DNA of 64,000 nucleotides from Candidatus Bathyarchaeota archaeon (GCA_963702095.1 OY969706.1:2496001-2560000), one strand, 5' to 3'; shown: positions 47,970 through 58,305, numbered from the stretch's first letter. Made by a program: numbers and translations. The notes: generated by a model not told the origin, from the letters alone.

Positions 47970-48452
47970 ATGAACCAACAAACCCCGCCCCTACTAACCT
48001 ACCTCGAAAGCAAAGGCATCACTCTCCAAAGCCTCATTGACTGTGCCTTGGAAATGTATGTTCCCCACCCAGGAATAGAAACCGTCGAAAAAGCCACCGA
48101 AATGCTCAAAGAAGAATTCCTCGACGCCCTAAACGACGTAAACGTATCCATTTTGGAGTGGGCAGCATTCCATGCACAGGAAGACGCAGAAAACGGCTTA
48201 ATCCCCGGCTTAACCCAGGAACGCTTCAAGGGCAGACCAGGCCCAATTTCAGACGAGATCTTGGGGATAGCCATCGCCACCTACATCGGCGGAACCCGAG
48301 GCGTCTTCGAATACGTCCGTTTCGACCAAGCCAAACCAGGCATCCTCAAAAGCTTAGGCTCCATCACCAACGATGCCATAGGCGCTTTAGTCGCTGGTGT
48401 ATCCTCCAACGTCTACACACGTGCAATAAAGAGCGCTGGCACAACCTGCTAA
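47970..48452 (+). CDS. cobZ: Alpha-ribazole phosphatase CobZ (PgpA-like)
   Basis: DVNV, DEILG, YIGGTRGVFEYVRFDQAKPGIL, DAIGAL; near the cob operon. Confidence 0.8.
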   Translation: MNQQTPPLLTYLESKGITLQSLIDCALEMYVPHPGIETVEKATEMLKEEFLDALNDVNVSILEWAAFHAQEDAENGLIPGLTQERFKGRPGPISDEILGIAIATYIGGTRGVFEYVRFDQAKPGILKSLGSITNDAIGALVAGVSSNVYTRAIKSAGTTC

Positions 48453-48508
48453 GGGTTTTTCCGTAAATTATAATACCTCCGCGGTTGAGGGTTAATCGTT
48501 GGCTTCCC

Positions 48509-49666
48509 ATGGCTAAAACTCGGCTCTGCATCGTCACCCACACGTTTCTGCCCCATGTCGGCGGCATAGAAATAGTGACCAACGAACAGAGCAAACGGCT
48601 GCTACACAAAAACTATGCGCCCATGGTGGTTACTAACAGGATTGGGACGCCGCGGAGTTATGTGGTTGATGGGGTGCCTGTAGAATGTTATGAATCCCTA
48701 AACACCGGCTTTCGCTTAGGCATCCCCTACTCTATCCCAACAGTGCCCAGTTTCCCAACTTTTGCTAAAGCGGTGAAATCCGCCAAAATCGTTCATGCCC
48801 ACGGCCACCCCTACCTGACCTCGCTAGTCGCGGGCAAACTCGCCAAGTTCTACGGCAAACCCTTCGTCTTAACCCAACACAACACCTACATCGAATACAA
48901 CAACATCTTCAACCAAGTAGAACTCTTAAACGACCTATCCGTGGGCAAACAGAACCTAGCAGCCGCAGACAAAATCATAACAATCAGCAACGCCACCAGA
49001 GACTACGTGTTGAGGTTGGGGGCAGACCCAAACAAAATCAAAGTCATCTACAACGGCGTCGACCTCGCCAGATTCCGAGTCATCGCAGGGAGGAAACAGG
49101 AGATGCGAAAGAAACTGGGCATACCCCAAGAGGCTGTGGTGGTTTTGACTGTGCGTAGACTTGTTTACAAGAATGGCATCGACAACCTCCTTGAATGCGC
49201 CAACATCGCCATCGAAAAGAACCCCAAAATCGTGTTTGTGGCAGTGGGTAAGGGCCCCGACTTGGAAGGTGTCCGGGCGCAGGTTGCCCAGTTGGGGTTG
49301 ACAGGCAATTTCAGGTTAGCGGGTTTTGTCAGCGACGAGGATTTGCCTTCGTACTATAATTTGGCGGATTTGTTTGTGTTGCCTTCCAAGTCCGGTGAGG
49401 GTTTGCCGCTTGTGGCGTTGGAGGCGATGGCATGCGGGTTGCCAGTGGTAGCTACTAACGTGGGCGGCATCGGCGAGATTCCCGTTAGAGAGTTCGGCAA
49501 GTTGGTTCCGCCTAACCAGCCCCAACAGCTTGCGGGAGCGGTCTTGGAATTCGCAGCAGGTGACTTTTCGCCCCGTAAAGCAGAGCTAAGAGCTAGGGTG
49601 GAGGAGCGTTTTAGTTGGGATGCTAACGTTGAGCGACTTGTCGAAATATACGAAGAGCTTATTTAG
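48509..49666 (+). CDS. GT4 glycosyltransferase
   Basis: PHVGG, HAH, NGVD, EGLPLVALEAMACG. Confidence 0.92.
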   Translation: MAKTRLCIVTHTFLPHVGGIEIVTNEQSKRLLHKNYAPMVVTNRIGTPRSYVVDGVPVECYESLNTGFRLGIPYSIPTVPSFPTFAKAVKSAKIVHAHGHPYLTSLVAGKLAKFYGKPFVLTQHNTYIEYNNIFNQVELLNDLSVGKQNLAAADKIITISNATRDYVLRLGADPNKIKVIYNGVDLARFRVIAGRKQEMRKKLGIPQEAVVVLTVRRLVYKNGIDNLLECANIAIEKNPKIVFVAVGKGPDLEGVRAQVAQLGLTGNFRLAGFVSDEDLPSYYNLADLFVLPSKSGEGLPLVALEAMACGLPVVATNVGGIGEIPVREFGKLVPPNQPQQLAGAVLEFAAGDFSPRKAELRARVEERFSWDANVERLVEIYEELI

Positions 49667-49713
49667 CCATGTAACGGAAACAATATAGCTCTCTATACGG
49701 AATGTAGCAACTG

Positions 49714-50454
49714 ATGACGTCAAAAGTTGAGATGGTTTCGGTCGTCATTCCGACACTCAACGAAGCCGGAACCATAATGGAAGCCATAGATACAATCGAG
49801 AAGTACGTTAGTTACCCAAAGGAAATTATTATTGTCGACGGGAACTCAACGGATGGCACACTGGAGAAAGTAAAAGACTGTGAGCGTTGCCGACTCATCG
49901 TTGAACCCAGACGCGGCTACGGCGTCGCGTTGAGAACCGGCATGAAAGCCGCCAAAGGCAACATCCTAATTATGGTTGATGCCGACGGCACCTACGAGTT
50001 CAAACACATCGACCGCCTAGTCAGCCGCTTGATAGAAAAAGACGCGGACATGGTTTTAGCCACCCGAATGTATGACCCCAACAAAGCCATGGGGTTCCTC
50101 AACTTCTTAGGCAACAAAGTCATCACCTTTACCTACGACTTCTTCTACAGCCAATTCTTAAGCGACACTCAATCCGGTTTTCGGGCAATCGACCGCACAA
50201 AATATGACAGTGTACGGTTCAAGGAAACCGACATGCCCTTTGCCACGGAGATGCTTATCCAATTTGCCAGAGAGGGCTACAACATGGTAGAGATTCCCTC
50301 AACGTATAAACCTCGAATGTACGGTGAAACTAAGCTTAGACCGTTACAGTCGGGAATCAGAATTTTTACCACTATATTTAAGGGGTTCTTGGATGCTAAG
50401 ACGTTTAGAGTCTGCTATGCACATTGGAAGAAGAATCGGTATAAGCGACGATAA
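49714..50454 (+). CDS. GT2 glycosyltransferase (dolichol-P-sugar synthase-like)
   Basis: VIPTLNE, VDGNSTDGT, DADGTY, DTQSGFRA. Confidence 0.92.
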   Translation: MTSKVEMVSVVIPTLNEAGTIMEAIDTIEKYVSYPKEIIIVDGNSTDGTLEKVKDCERCRLIVEPRRGYGVALRTGMKAAKGNILIMVDADGTYEFKHIDRLVSRLIEKDADMVLATRMYDPNKAMGFLNFLGNKVITFTYDFFYSQFLSDTQSGFRAIDRTKYDSVRFKETDMPFATEMLIQFAREGYNMVEIPSTYKPRMYGETKLRPLQSGIRIFTTIFKGFLDAKTFRVCYAHWKKNRYKRR

Positions 50455-50929
50455 AGGCTACTTTGTTCCAGTTCTTATCGCTTTGATAGTTGTTGCCTCC
50501 ACAGTCGCAGGCTTCTACATCTACTACAACGTGGTTTCTGCTAAGCCTTCGCCTTACAACACGATTTTTCTCCTCGACGCCCAAGAACAAGCCACAGATT
50601 ACCCCCAAACCCTCGTTGCAAACCACAACAGCACCTTCAGCCTAAACGTTGGAGTAACCTGCCATGAAGGCAAAGCCGAAAAACAAAGCTACCAAGTACA
50701 GATAAAAGTAACCCAGAACCTGCCAGCCACTTTCCCAATGCAGACGCCACCCACCCAAACCTTTAACCTGAGCCTAAAAGACGGCGACACACAGGTGACC
50801 AAAGTCACCCTCACAGAGAACACTGTAGGAAACTATGCGGTGATCTTTGAACTCTACAAGTTGGACGATTCGGGGAATTTTGTTTTTACTCAGGATTACT
50901 GTGTGCTGCCCATACAAGTCGTCAGTTAA
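50417..50929 (+). CDS. DUF1616-like membrane-anchored protein; start uncertain
   Basis: N-terminal TM segment; FLLD...ATDYP...GVTCHEG...FELY. Confidence 0.65.
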   Translation: MHIGRRIGISDDKGYFVPVLIALIVVASTVAGFYIYYNVVSAKPSPYNTIFLLDAQEQATDYPQTLVANHNSTFSLNVGVTCHEGKAEKQSYQVQIKVTQNLPATFPMQTPPTQTFNLSLKDGDTQVTKVTLTENTVGNYAVIFELYKLDDSGNFVFTQDYCVLPIQVVS

Positions 50930-52298
50930 TTCGATTTTGTTTGCCTTTGCGCTTGATAGCATAGAGGAATAGAACAGCAAATACCCCAACAACAGCCACT
51001 ATAAGAAAGGGCAAAATCCATTCCGACAAGTTTGACGGATTATTCGGTGGCTGCGTCGGCGCTTGAGTGGGCTCTACGAAGGCGGGGATTTCAACCGGTG
51101 CCGCAAGTGGATAGTGGTCTATGTTGAGGCGTACTTGACTGATAAGGTATGCTTTGCCAGCTATGCCGTCGTGGTTGTTGTCAACTGTGGCGGAATCGCT
51201 CCAGTAGTTGCCTTCTCCATCGCTGTCCCAGACGTGTATACCGTTGGGGAGGGGTTTATAGTTGTATTCATGCCAATCCGTAGAATGCACTTGCTGGATG
51301 TTGTTGATGAGGTTGTTGCGGTAGATGACCTGCGCTGACCCAAGCAAGGATATGCCGACTTCGTTGTTTTCTATGGTGTTATTGGTTATAGTGTTGGCTT
51401 GTTCTGCGGTTATGACGATGCCGTGTGTGCCGTTTGCGAGGTAATTGTCGACGACTAGGTTGCCGTAGGAGTTGTAGAGGTAGATGCCTGCCCAAAGATG
51501 GGTGAAGTGGTTGTGGGTGATTGTGGAGTTTGTGGTGTTTTTTAGGATAATCCCGCTTGAGGGCCCGCTTATGGGGGCGGGGGCATCGTCTATCCAGAGG
51601 TCTTTTACGGTGACGTTGATGCAGCCTTGGAGTGCTAAGTAACCGATTTCAGGGTGGCTTTTACGGTCGATAACTAGGTCCTTCTGGTTGATTATGTAGT
51701 AGATGGGTTTACCGTCAATGGTGTTTGAGGTGTCAACATCGTTAGAGAAATCGTCCCCCTCGAGACTTATAATAAATGTACTGTTGACAAACCTGTTATC
51801 CCTAAATACGTTACCTGAGGAAACGTGAAAGCCCACGCCAGGTTTAGCGTCAACAAAAACGTTATCAGTTATAGAATTACCCATTGCACCTCTGAGCCAA
51901 ATTCCCGCCTGACAATTCAGGGTGCAGCCAGTGATAGTGTTGCCTGAGCTCTCAAGCGAGATAACGCTGCCAAACCCTTTGACATTGAGGTTTTTGATTG
52001 TAACTCCACCTACCCCGTTAAGCAGAATTATTGCCTGCGGTGGGTCTTCAGATAGACTGCCTCTGAGAGTGTAACCGGCACCATCAATGACTATGTTGCC
52101 TTTCTCAACCCTTATTGTGTGACTAATGTCGCCGGTAAAAGTGTACGTGTTGCCGTTGCGGTGCAGCTTATCGGTGCCTGTGATTGAGCCGTCGGCATTT
52201 ATAGTTAAAACTTCGGGAGGTTGAGCACTGACATAAAATGGGAGAAGAAAACACAAAAGCGCTAAAGCCAACGTTAACACTAAAACTGTTTTCTTCAT
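50922..52298 (-). CDS. NosD-like right-handed beta-helix surface protein
   Basis: Signal peptide, INADGSI, DGAGYTL, SNTIDGKPIYY, GNYWSD, DHYPL, C-terminal TM anchor. Confidence 0.88.
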   Translation of the reverse strand: MKKTVLVLTLALALLCFLLPFYVSAQPPEVLTINADGSITGTDKLHRNGNTYTFTGDISHTIRVEKGNIVIDGAGYTLRGSLSEDPPQAIILLNGVGGVTIKNLNVKGFGSVISLESSGNTITGCTLNCQAGIWLRGAMGNSITDNVFVDAKPGVGFHVSSGNVFRDNRFVNSTFIISLEGDDFSNDVDTSNTIDGKPIYYIINQKDLVIDRKSHPEIGYLALQGCINVTVKDLWIDDAPAPISGPSSGIILKNTTNSTITHNHFTHLWAGIYLYNSYGNLVVDNYLANGTHGIVITAEQANTITNNTIENNEVGISLLGSAQVIYRNNLINNIQQVHSTDWHEYNYKPLPNGIHVWDSDGEGNYWSDSATVDNNHDGIAGKAYLISQVRLNIDHYPLAAPVEIPAFVEPTQAPTQPPNNPSNLSEWILPFLIVAVVGVFAVLFLYAIKRKGKQNRIN

Positions 52299-53683
52299 TA
52301 CGCCAACCCTCCAGCGGCACTGTGGCTTTTGGGTTTACGTTTTGCTCTGTAAACCACAAATGCACCAATGGCTATGGCAACGGCACCTGCAATTGCAATC
52401 AAGATGGTCGTTGTCGGATAGGGCTGAGGTGACTCTGTGGCTGGCACCGGTGTTTGAATGAATTCCAGAGTTACGACTGGCTTTGCAAGAGGATAATTGT
52501 CTACATTGAGGCGACGTCCTGTATTGAGCACATAAGCTTCATCGCATATTCCGTCGCCGTCAGCATCGGTTGCATTGATTCCGCTCCAATAGTTGCCGCC
52601 GGAGGGGTAGCCGTTATCCCAGACGTGAACGGCGTAAGAAGGAGGGAGGCGGTTAAGGGGGCTCCAGTCGGCTGAATCTACCTGCTTGGTGTTGTTGAGG
52701 AAATTGTTGTGGTAGATGATCTGGTTTGACCCCGAAATGTATAGGCCGACTTTGTTGTCTTCGAAGGTGTTGTTGGTGATTGTGTTAGCGGTGGTCCCGC
52801 TGATGGCTATGCCGAATTCTTGGTTGTCCTTGAGATAGTTTTCTGTGATGATGTTACCGTATGAATCGGTGCTGCTGATGCCTTGCCAGAAGTTTGTGAG
52901 TTGATTGTGGATAATCGTTGAGTTGGATGTGCCCTTCAAAATTAATCCTATACTTGCTGCTGAACCGGAAAGTTGAAGGTCCCTAACAGTCATGTCGACG
53001 CAGTTTACTAAGGCAAGGTATCCGATTTCTGGGTAATCTTTGGGGCTGATGACTAAGCCGCTTTGGTTAACTATGTAGTAGATGGGTTTGCCATCAATCG
53101 TGTTGGAGGGGTCGATGTCGTTGGGGTTTGTGTCGAGTCCTGTGGAGATTGAGCTGTTGATGAATTGGTTGTTTCGAAGTTGATTGCCCGAGGAGTCGCT
53201 AAAGCGGACGCCTGAATTGAGATTTATGAAAACATTACCTTTGATGATGCTGTCTGTGGCTTCGTTTAGCCATATGCCCGAGGAGCAATCTTTTATGGTG
53301 CAGCCGAGGACAGAGTTGTCTTTGCCTTTTAGCGTCATGCCGCCCACAAAATCTTTTATGTTGAGGTTTTTTATGGTGACTCCGTGGATTTCTCCTGAAA
53401 GGAGCAGAAGCCCTGTGCCTTTAGCTTCCACCGTATTATCGGGTTTTACAGTGTAGCCTGCGCCGTCGAGTACGATGTTGCTTCTTCCAATCCTAATTGT
53501 GTAGAGAACATCGCCGGTAAGGCTGTAAACGTTGCCGTCGCATTTGATGTTGGATGTGCCCGATATGGAGCCGTCGCTGTTGATGTTGACAGCCTCCACC
53601 GAGGGCACGTAAAACACAAAGGAAGTGAAAGCCAACAAGCCAGCCAGCATCACAGCCAAACATCTGCTACGCACCGCTGCCAC
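52298..53683 (-). CDS. NosD-like right-handed beta-helix surface protein
   Basis: INSDGSI, DGAGYTV, SNTIDGKPIYY, GGNYWS, DNYPL, TM anchor. Confidence 0.88.
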   Translation of the reverse strand: MAAVRSRCLAVMLAGLLAFTSFVFYVPSVEAVNINSDGSISGTSNIKCDGNVYSLTGDVLYTIRIGRSNIVLDGAGYTVKPDNTVEAKGTGLLLLSGEIHGVTIKNLNIKDFVGGMTLKGKDNSVLGCTIKDCSSGIWLNEATDSIIKGNVFINLNSGVRFSDSSGNQLRNNQFINSSISTGLDTNPNDIDPSNTIDGKPIYYIVNQSGLVISPKDYPEIGYLALVNCVDMTVRDLQLSGSAASIGLILKGTSNSTIIHNQLTNFWQGISSTDSYGNIITENYLKDNQEFGIAISGTTANTITNNTFEDNKVGLYISGSNQIIYHNNFLNNTKQVDSADWSPLNRLPPSYAVHVWDNGYPSGGNYWSGINATDADGDGICDEAYVLNTGRRLNVDNYPLAKPVVTLEFIQTPVPATESPQPYPTTTILIAIAGAVAIAIGAFVVYRAKRKPKSHSAAGGLA

Positions 53684-54539
53684 CTCGCCGTGTCTTCTTA
53701 ACTATCAAAAGGACAGCCGCAACCAATGCCACGGCAACGACAGGCAGCACAACATAGTAGGGATTGATTGGCGGTTGATTCTGTGGTGTACCTGTTGGGA
53801 AAGGGTCTGGTGAGTATGCGCGGGTGAGGAGTTTTGTTCGGGGGTGGTTATCTTGGCAGTTCTCGTTAATGACGTATGGGGTGTCCCATATGGCTGAATC
53901 GCCGAGTTGTTTGGCTTGCGGATACCTTGTGGTGTAGTCGCTCCAGTAATTCATATCCAGTACGGGTGGAGCTGATAGCCAACCCTGTATTGAGCAGTTT
54001 ACGAAGTCGTTGTTTGTGATTTCACTTGTGCCTGCATAGTTAATTGCTATGCCAGCTTTTTCCAAGCTGTTAGAGGATATTGTGTTGTTGAAGCTGCCGA
54101 TAATCCATATGCCGTCAATACAGTTTTTAATGGTGTTACTGCGGAAGGTGTTACTGTTGGTGTTGGCGATGTTTATGCCATAGTAAAAGTTGCTGATTGT
54201 TAGGTTAGCAACTGTTATGTTGTCTATTTCTGTTCGGGTTGGGTCCTGTCCTCTGCCGTTTGAAAGGTCCACTCCGAAGCCTTCACCGTTTCCCTCTATA
54301 CCAAACCCAGCGCCGTCCAAGACAATGTTACTTCTCTGGATGGATATGCCGCCTGAAATGTTGGCGGTTAAGGTGTAGATGTCTCCTTCGCGTTGGATGC
54401 TGCTGGTTCCTGTGACTGAGCCGTCAGGATTAATGATTATGCCTGTGTTGGATTGGGCGGTTGCGGGCTCAAAAAGGGCGACACATAGGGCAAGGGCAGA
54501 CAGCAGTATGAGCGTTAACGTTAGGGCGGGTTTTGGCAT
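53667..54539 (-). CDS. Short NosD-like beta-helix surface protein
   Basis: INPDGSV, DGAGF, NYWSDY, DNHP, TM anchor. Confidence 0.85.
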   Translation of the reverse strand: MPKPALTLTLILLSALALCVALFEPATAQSNTGIIINPDGSVTGTSSIQREGDIYTLTANISGGISIQRSNIVLDGAGFGIEGNGEGFGVDLSNGRGQDPTRTEIDNITVANLTISNFYYGINIANTNSNTFRSNTIKNCIDGIWIIGSFNNTISSNSLEKAGIAINYAGTSEITNNDFVNCSIQGWLSAPPVLDMNYWSDYTTRYPQAKQLGDSAIWDTPYVINENCQDNHPRTKLLTRAYSPDPFPTGTPQNQPPINPYYVVLPVVAVALVAAVLLIVKKTRRGGSGA

Positions 54540-54685
54540 GGAACTTCAGAGTATCGCTGACGTTGGCGGTTATAATGGGTTTTCGTCAAGAAACCTTGAC
54601 TAACAATGCGGCAGCAACGAGCAGTTTTGGCGAAGTTGGCTAAACAAAACGCTGTGGGGGTTTGTGAAAAAAAAACCAGATGGTG

Positions 54686-54860
54686 CATGCTTTCACACAC
54701 ACATCCTGACCCCTTCAACATGAAGCCATGTACCGCGTGTGGAGAAAAACACCGCTCCCAAACCATAACAGCCGCGTAAAATAAGTTGCAGACCCAAAAA
54801 GCAAACGTCTTCTCAAACAGTCTTGTGGCCCCCGTAAAACGCCACACCCACATAAAGAGA
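54686..54860 (+). repeat. Dispersed intergenic repeat family 2, copy 2
   Basis: Collinear similarity to 22846-23023. Confidence 0.85.
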
Positions 54861-54920
54861 AGAAAACAATCTTTCTATAAACAGGGGAGTGGGAGAGGTT
54901 GGCAAAGCGACAGTTGCCGC

Positions 54921-56480
54921 TTATTTTTTGCGTCTGAGCTTCTGTGGCACCGTTATGGTTAATTCCCGTTTGACTGGTGTCTCCTTAATTGGTTGCTCCA
55001 TCTGAGGCACCACCTTCTTTTGCCGCTCAGCATAGTCTTTTTCGATGGCGACGCGGTGGACGTTGTTGTATGCGCAGAAGGGAATGATTTTCTTGTCAGG
55101 GGTAATGTAGTGGACTACACATCGGCGCACTCGGTTAACGTCAAAGTTGTAGCTGTCCATAAACGCCATGCAGCCTAAGAGGAAGATGCGGCGGCGGATT
55201 TTGCCCAAGGACTTGTATGTGGGGTCCATGTGCATTTGCAGGATGCTCTTCATCAATGTGAAGGTGCCGACTTCTTTGGTGACCAGCAGCATGTTCATCG
55301 AGATCATGGCGCCCATAAACAGCGGCGCAAGCAGTTGAAGTTTATTTTTAGACTCGGCATTTTCAGCTGTTTTGCGGATTGTGTTGAAGAATCGCTCAAA
55401 GTTCACGAAGCGGTTAATCGGATACATTTTACCCGTACGGGGGGAAACGTAAATCCAGTTTACGATGCCGCATTGTGGGCTGCAACTAAACAGCGGCCAA
55501 GGCTTCTGCATGAACTGCCGCATAATCTTAATCGGCGAAGTCATCACTGACATTGGGTAGAGGTCTGTGCTTTTGACTTCTCCGTTGGTCTGGTTCTCAA
55601 CGTCTTCAGCGAAGCTCCATTCGCGGAAGTTCTCGCGGAAAGGATTCTCCGTTGCCCTGCCAGTGAAGGCGATAGGCTGGAAAATTAAGCCTCGCACGAT
55701 GTCAGTGTTTTTGGCGGCGAAGCGGATCATGTCGCCGACTTCTTTGTCGTTGAGACTTTTCATCAAGGTATTAACTAGGATGACTTCCATGTCGTATTTG
55801 CGGCAAACATCAAGGGCTTTAAGCTTCATTTCCACAAGTGGTCGCCCACGGATTTTCTTGTTAAATTCCTCGTGGAAACTGTCAAATGATAAATAAACAA
55901 TGTTTAAGCCACTCTCCTTAAGCCGTTTAGCTAATCCTTCATCAGTAACCAAGTGGGTGCCGTTGGTCGCCAAAATCGTCATGAATTTTAGACGGTGTGC
56001 AGCCGCGACGATTTCAGGCATGTCTTCGCGTTCAAGCGGTTCGCCTCCACTGAACAGTATCGCAGGCGGTTTAGGGTTGGCTTTAGCAGCGAACTCTAAC
56101 ATGTCGATGAGGGCTTCTTTGGTGGGCTCGTAATCGGTGGTTTCCTGATTTGGAAAAGTGGAGAAGCACACTGCACATCGGAAGTTACAGCGCTTGGTTA
56201 CGTCGATTACGCCGATGACTGTGCCTGATGCGTGGTTGTGGCATGTTTCGCAGACGTATGGGCAGCCCGGGGGGTTTTTGGGTGCGTTGAGGTCGCCAAG
56301 GTACTGGAACTGGTCGTATTTGCGCATGTGGTCAAAGATGGGTGGGCTCTGCCAGTGAGTGGCTTTGAATTCGCCGTGTTCGGGGCATTGTTTGGTGATT
56401 TGGATTTTGCCGTTTACGTTTCTGAGTTGGGCGTCTATTTTCTTTTGGCATTCGGGACAGATGCTTTTGGTTTCACTCAA
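54921..56480 (-). CDS. tes: Tetraether lipid synthase (Tes/GDGT-MAS family radical SAM)
   Basis: N-terminal SICPEC...CPEHG, CPYVCETCHNH, CNFRCAVC, FSGGEP, C-terminal CMAFMD...RCVVHY...IIPFCAYN. Confidence 0.85.
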   Translation of the reverse strand: MSETKSICPECQKKIDAQLRNVNGKIQITKQCPEHGEFKATHWQSPPIFDHMRKYDQFQYLGDLNAPKNPPGCPYVCETCHNHASGTVIGVIDVTKRCNFRCAVCFSTFPNQETTDYEPTKEALIDMLEFAAKANPKPPAILFSGGEPLEREDMPEIVAAAHRLKFMTILATNGTHLVTDEGLAKRLKESGLNIVYLSFDSFHEEFNKKIRGRPLVEMKLKALDVCRKYDMEVILVNTLMKSLNDKEVGDMIRFAAKNTDIVRGLIFQPIAFTGRATENPFRENFREWSFAEDVENQTNGEVKSTDLYPMSVMTSPIKIMRQFMQKPWPLFSCSPQCGIVNWIYVSPRTGKMYPINRFVNFERFFNTIRKTAENAESKNKLQLLAPLFMGAMISMNMLLVTKEVGTFTLMKSILQMHMDPTYKSLGKIRRRIFLLGCMAFMDSYNFDVNRVRRCVVHYITPDKKIIPFCAYNNVHRVAIEKDYAERQKKVVPQMEQPIKETPVKRELTITVPQKLRRKK

Positions 56481-57382
56481 CTTAGTAGCACTCCAGCGAG
56501 TCCTTCAACTATTAACGCTAAGGGCAGCAGCATCATTGACATGGTTACGATGCGCTCATATTTACGTATATTCTGCACCGTTGACCCAGAAGTGAACAAA
56601 CGTATGGCTGAATAAATCAACAGTACACTCCACATTAAGATGAAAGGTAAATAGAAAACCATGAATTCCCCGATGAAATAGGGCAGCGGCGCAAACAATC
56701 CAGTTAAAAGGAAGAAAACCGCGCCAACTTTAGCGGCGTTGTAGCTGCCGATTTTCTGCGGCAAGGTGGGATAACCGACTTTGGCGTCGCCTTCTGCACT
56801 AAAGACGTCACGTAGCACGTTACCGCCTATTGTGCCCAAAGCGATGGGGTAGAGGCTTATCGACGCGAAGTTAACTGTTCCAGTTACCGTTGCCTGTCCA
56901 TAGATGAATGCGGTGCCTGTTAGAATACCCATCAACAGGTTCGCAGCGAAACCTGATTTGCGTTTAATCAAGAAAGAGTACACCACAAGCAACAATGAGT
57001 CAGCGGCGATTATTGCAAAGGCAAGCCAGTTAATAAAAAACGACAAAACCAACCCCAAAGCAAAAAACGTGCCTGAGATGGCAACAGCCTGTTTGTATGA
57101 GAGTGCACCTGAGGGAATGGGGCGTTTGGGTTTGATGACTGCGTCGCTTTCGCGGTCGAAGTAATCGTTTATGGCAAAACCGCCTGAGGCAATGAATGCC
57201 ATAGATAAGAAAGTCAATAGTGCCACCGCCCCAACGTTCATGGGACCCAGAAGTGTTTGGATATCTGCAAAGTTGCCTTTTAGAATGGCGAACGCTGTTA
57301 GAACCGCTAAGCCACCAGTCATGAGCCAATAGGGCAAGCGGAGGAGCGCGATTAATCCTCGTGTGGGCGAGGACTGGTTCAT
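56477..57382 (-). CDS. DGGGP synthase (UbiA prenyltransferase)
   Basis: NDYFDRESDAVIKPKRPIPSG, YS..IKR, RDVFSAEGD...TLP; ATGA overlap with the epimerase. Confidence 0.85.
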   Translation of the reverse strand: MNQSSPTRGLIALLRLPYWLMTGGLAVLTAFAILKGNFADIQTLLGPMNVGAVALLTFLSMAFIASGGFAINDYFDRESDAVIKPKRPIPSGALSYKQAVAISGTFFALGLVLSFFINWLAFAIIAADSLLLVVYSFLIKRKSGFAANLLMGILTGTAFIYGQATVTGTVNFASISLYPIALGTIGGNVLRDVFSAEGDAKVGYPTLPQKIGSYNAAKVGAVFFLLTGLFAPLPYFIGEFMVFYLPFILMWSVLLIYSAIRLFTSGSTVQNIRKYERIVTMSMMLLPLALIVEGLAGVLLS

Positions 57383-58305
57383 ACCTTGATTTTCCTGTCG
57401 GCTATGACTTCTTTTATGCTCTCTTCCAAGGTGACTTTGGGTGTCCAGCCGAGTTCTTTTTTGGCTTTGGTGATGTCGAACCAGATTTTGGTAACATCCC
57501 CTTGCCATGATACACCTGTGGTTGAAACAGCCGTTCGGTTCTGGAGGTTGAGGATTTCAAGGATCATGTTTGCAAGTTCAAGTATGGAAACTGTTTTTCC
57601 TAATCCTAAGTTGTAGACTTCGCCGTTGACATCTACTTTTTTGCCCAGAAGAACAAGGGCTTCCACAACGTCAGAGACATGTACAAAGTCTCGGCATTGC
57701 TTCCCTGTACCTATAATTTCTAGTTTGTCGGGGTTTTTCGCCAGTTTCTCAAGAAAATCATGGATGACTCCGTGGCAACGTAAGCCGTAGACGTTGGCGA
57801 ACCTTGTGATTACGATGTCTAAGCCGTATTGTTCACGGTACATTTGGCAGTATTCTTCGCCTACGACTTTGCTTAAGCCATAGCAGGAGAAAGGGTGGAA
57901 ACCGTATGATTCAGGTGTTGGAAAAACGGTTGGGTTACCGTAGACAGCCGCGGATGAGGCGAACACGAGTTTTGCGTCGTCTTTGCGTGCTTTCTCGAGC
58001 ACGTTGAGGGTTCCTTTGGCGTTTGTTTCGAAGTCTACCAGCGGGTTCTCCATGGAGTAGCCCACGACGACTTGCGCTGCTAAATGGTAGATTAAATCCT
58101 GTTTGGGCTGGCTGCAGAGGGTTTTTAGGTCTAAGATGTCGCCTTGGACGAACTTTGCGTCTGGTACATCTTTAACATTCTGCAGTGTGCCGCTTGAGAG
58201 GTTATCGTAAATAGTCAAGTTGCTGGTTAAGCCAGATAGTTTCTTGCAGAGGTGATAGCCTATGAAGCCTGCTCCGCCAGTAACCAGTGTTTTTTTCCCT
58301 TCCAC
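57379..58305 (-). CDS. NAD-dependent nucleotide-sugar epimerase/dehydratase
   Basis: TGGAGFIG, HLAA, SSAAVYG, YGLSK, RDFVHVSD. Confidence 0.92.
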   Translation of the reverse strand: MEGKKTLVTGGAGFIGYHLCKKLSGLTSNLTIYDNLSSGTLQNVKDVPDAKFVQGDILDLKTLCSQPKQDLIYHLAAQVVVGYSMENPLVDFETNAKGTLNVLEKARKDDAKLVFASSAAVYGNPTVFPTPESYGFHPFSCYGLSKVVGEEYCQMYREQYGLDIVITRFANVYGLRCHGVIHDFLEKLAKNPDKLEIIGTGKQCRDFVHVSDVVEALVLLGKKVDVNGEVYNLGLGKTVSILELANMILEILNLQNRTAVSTTGVSWQGDVTKIWFDITKAKKELGWTPKVTLEESIKEVIADRKIKV

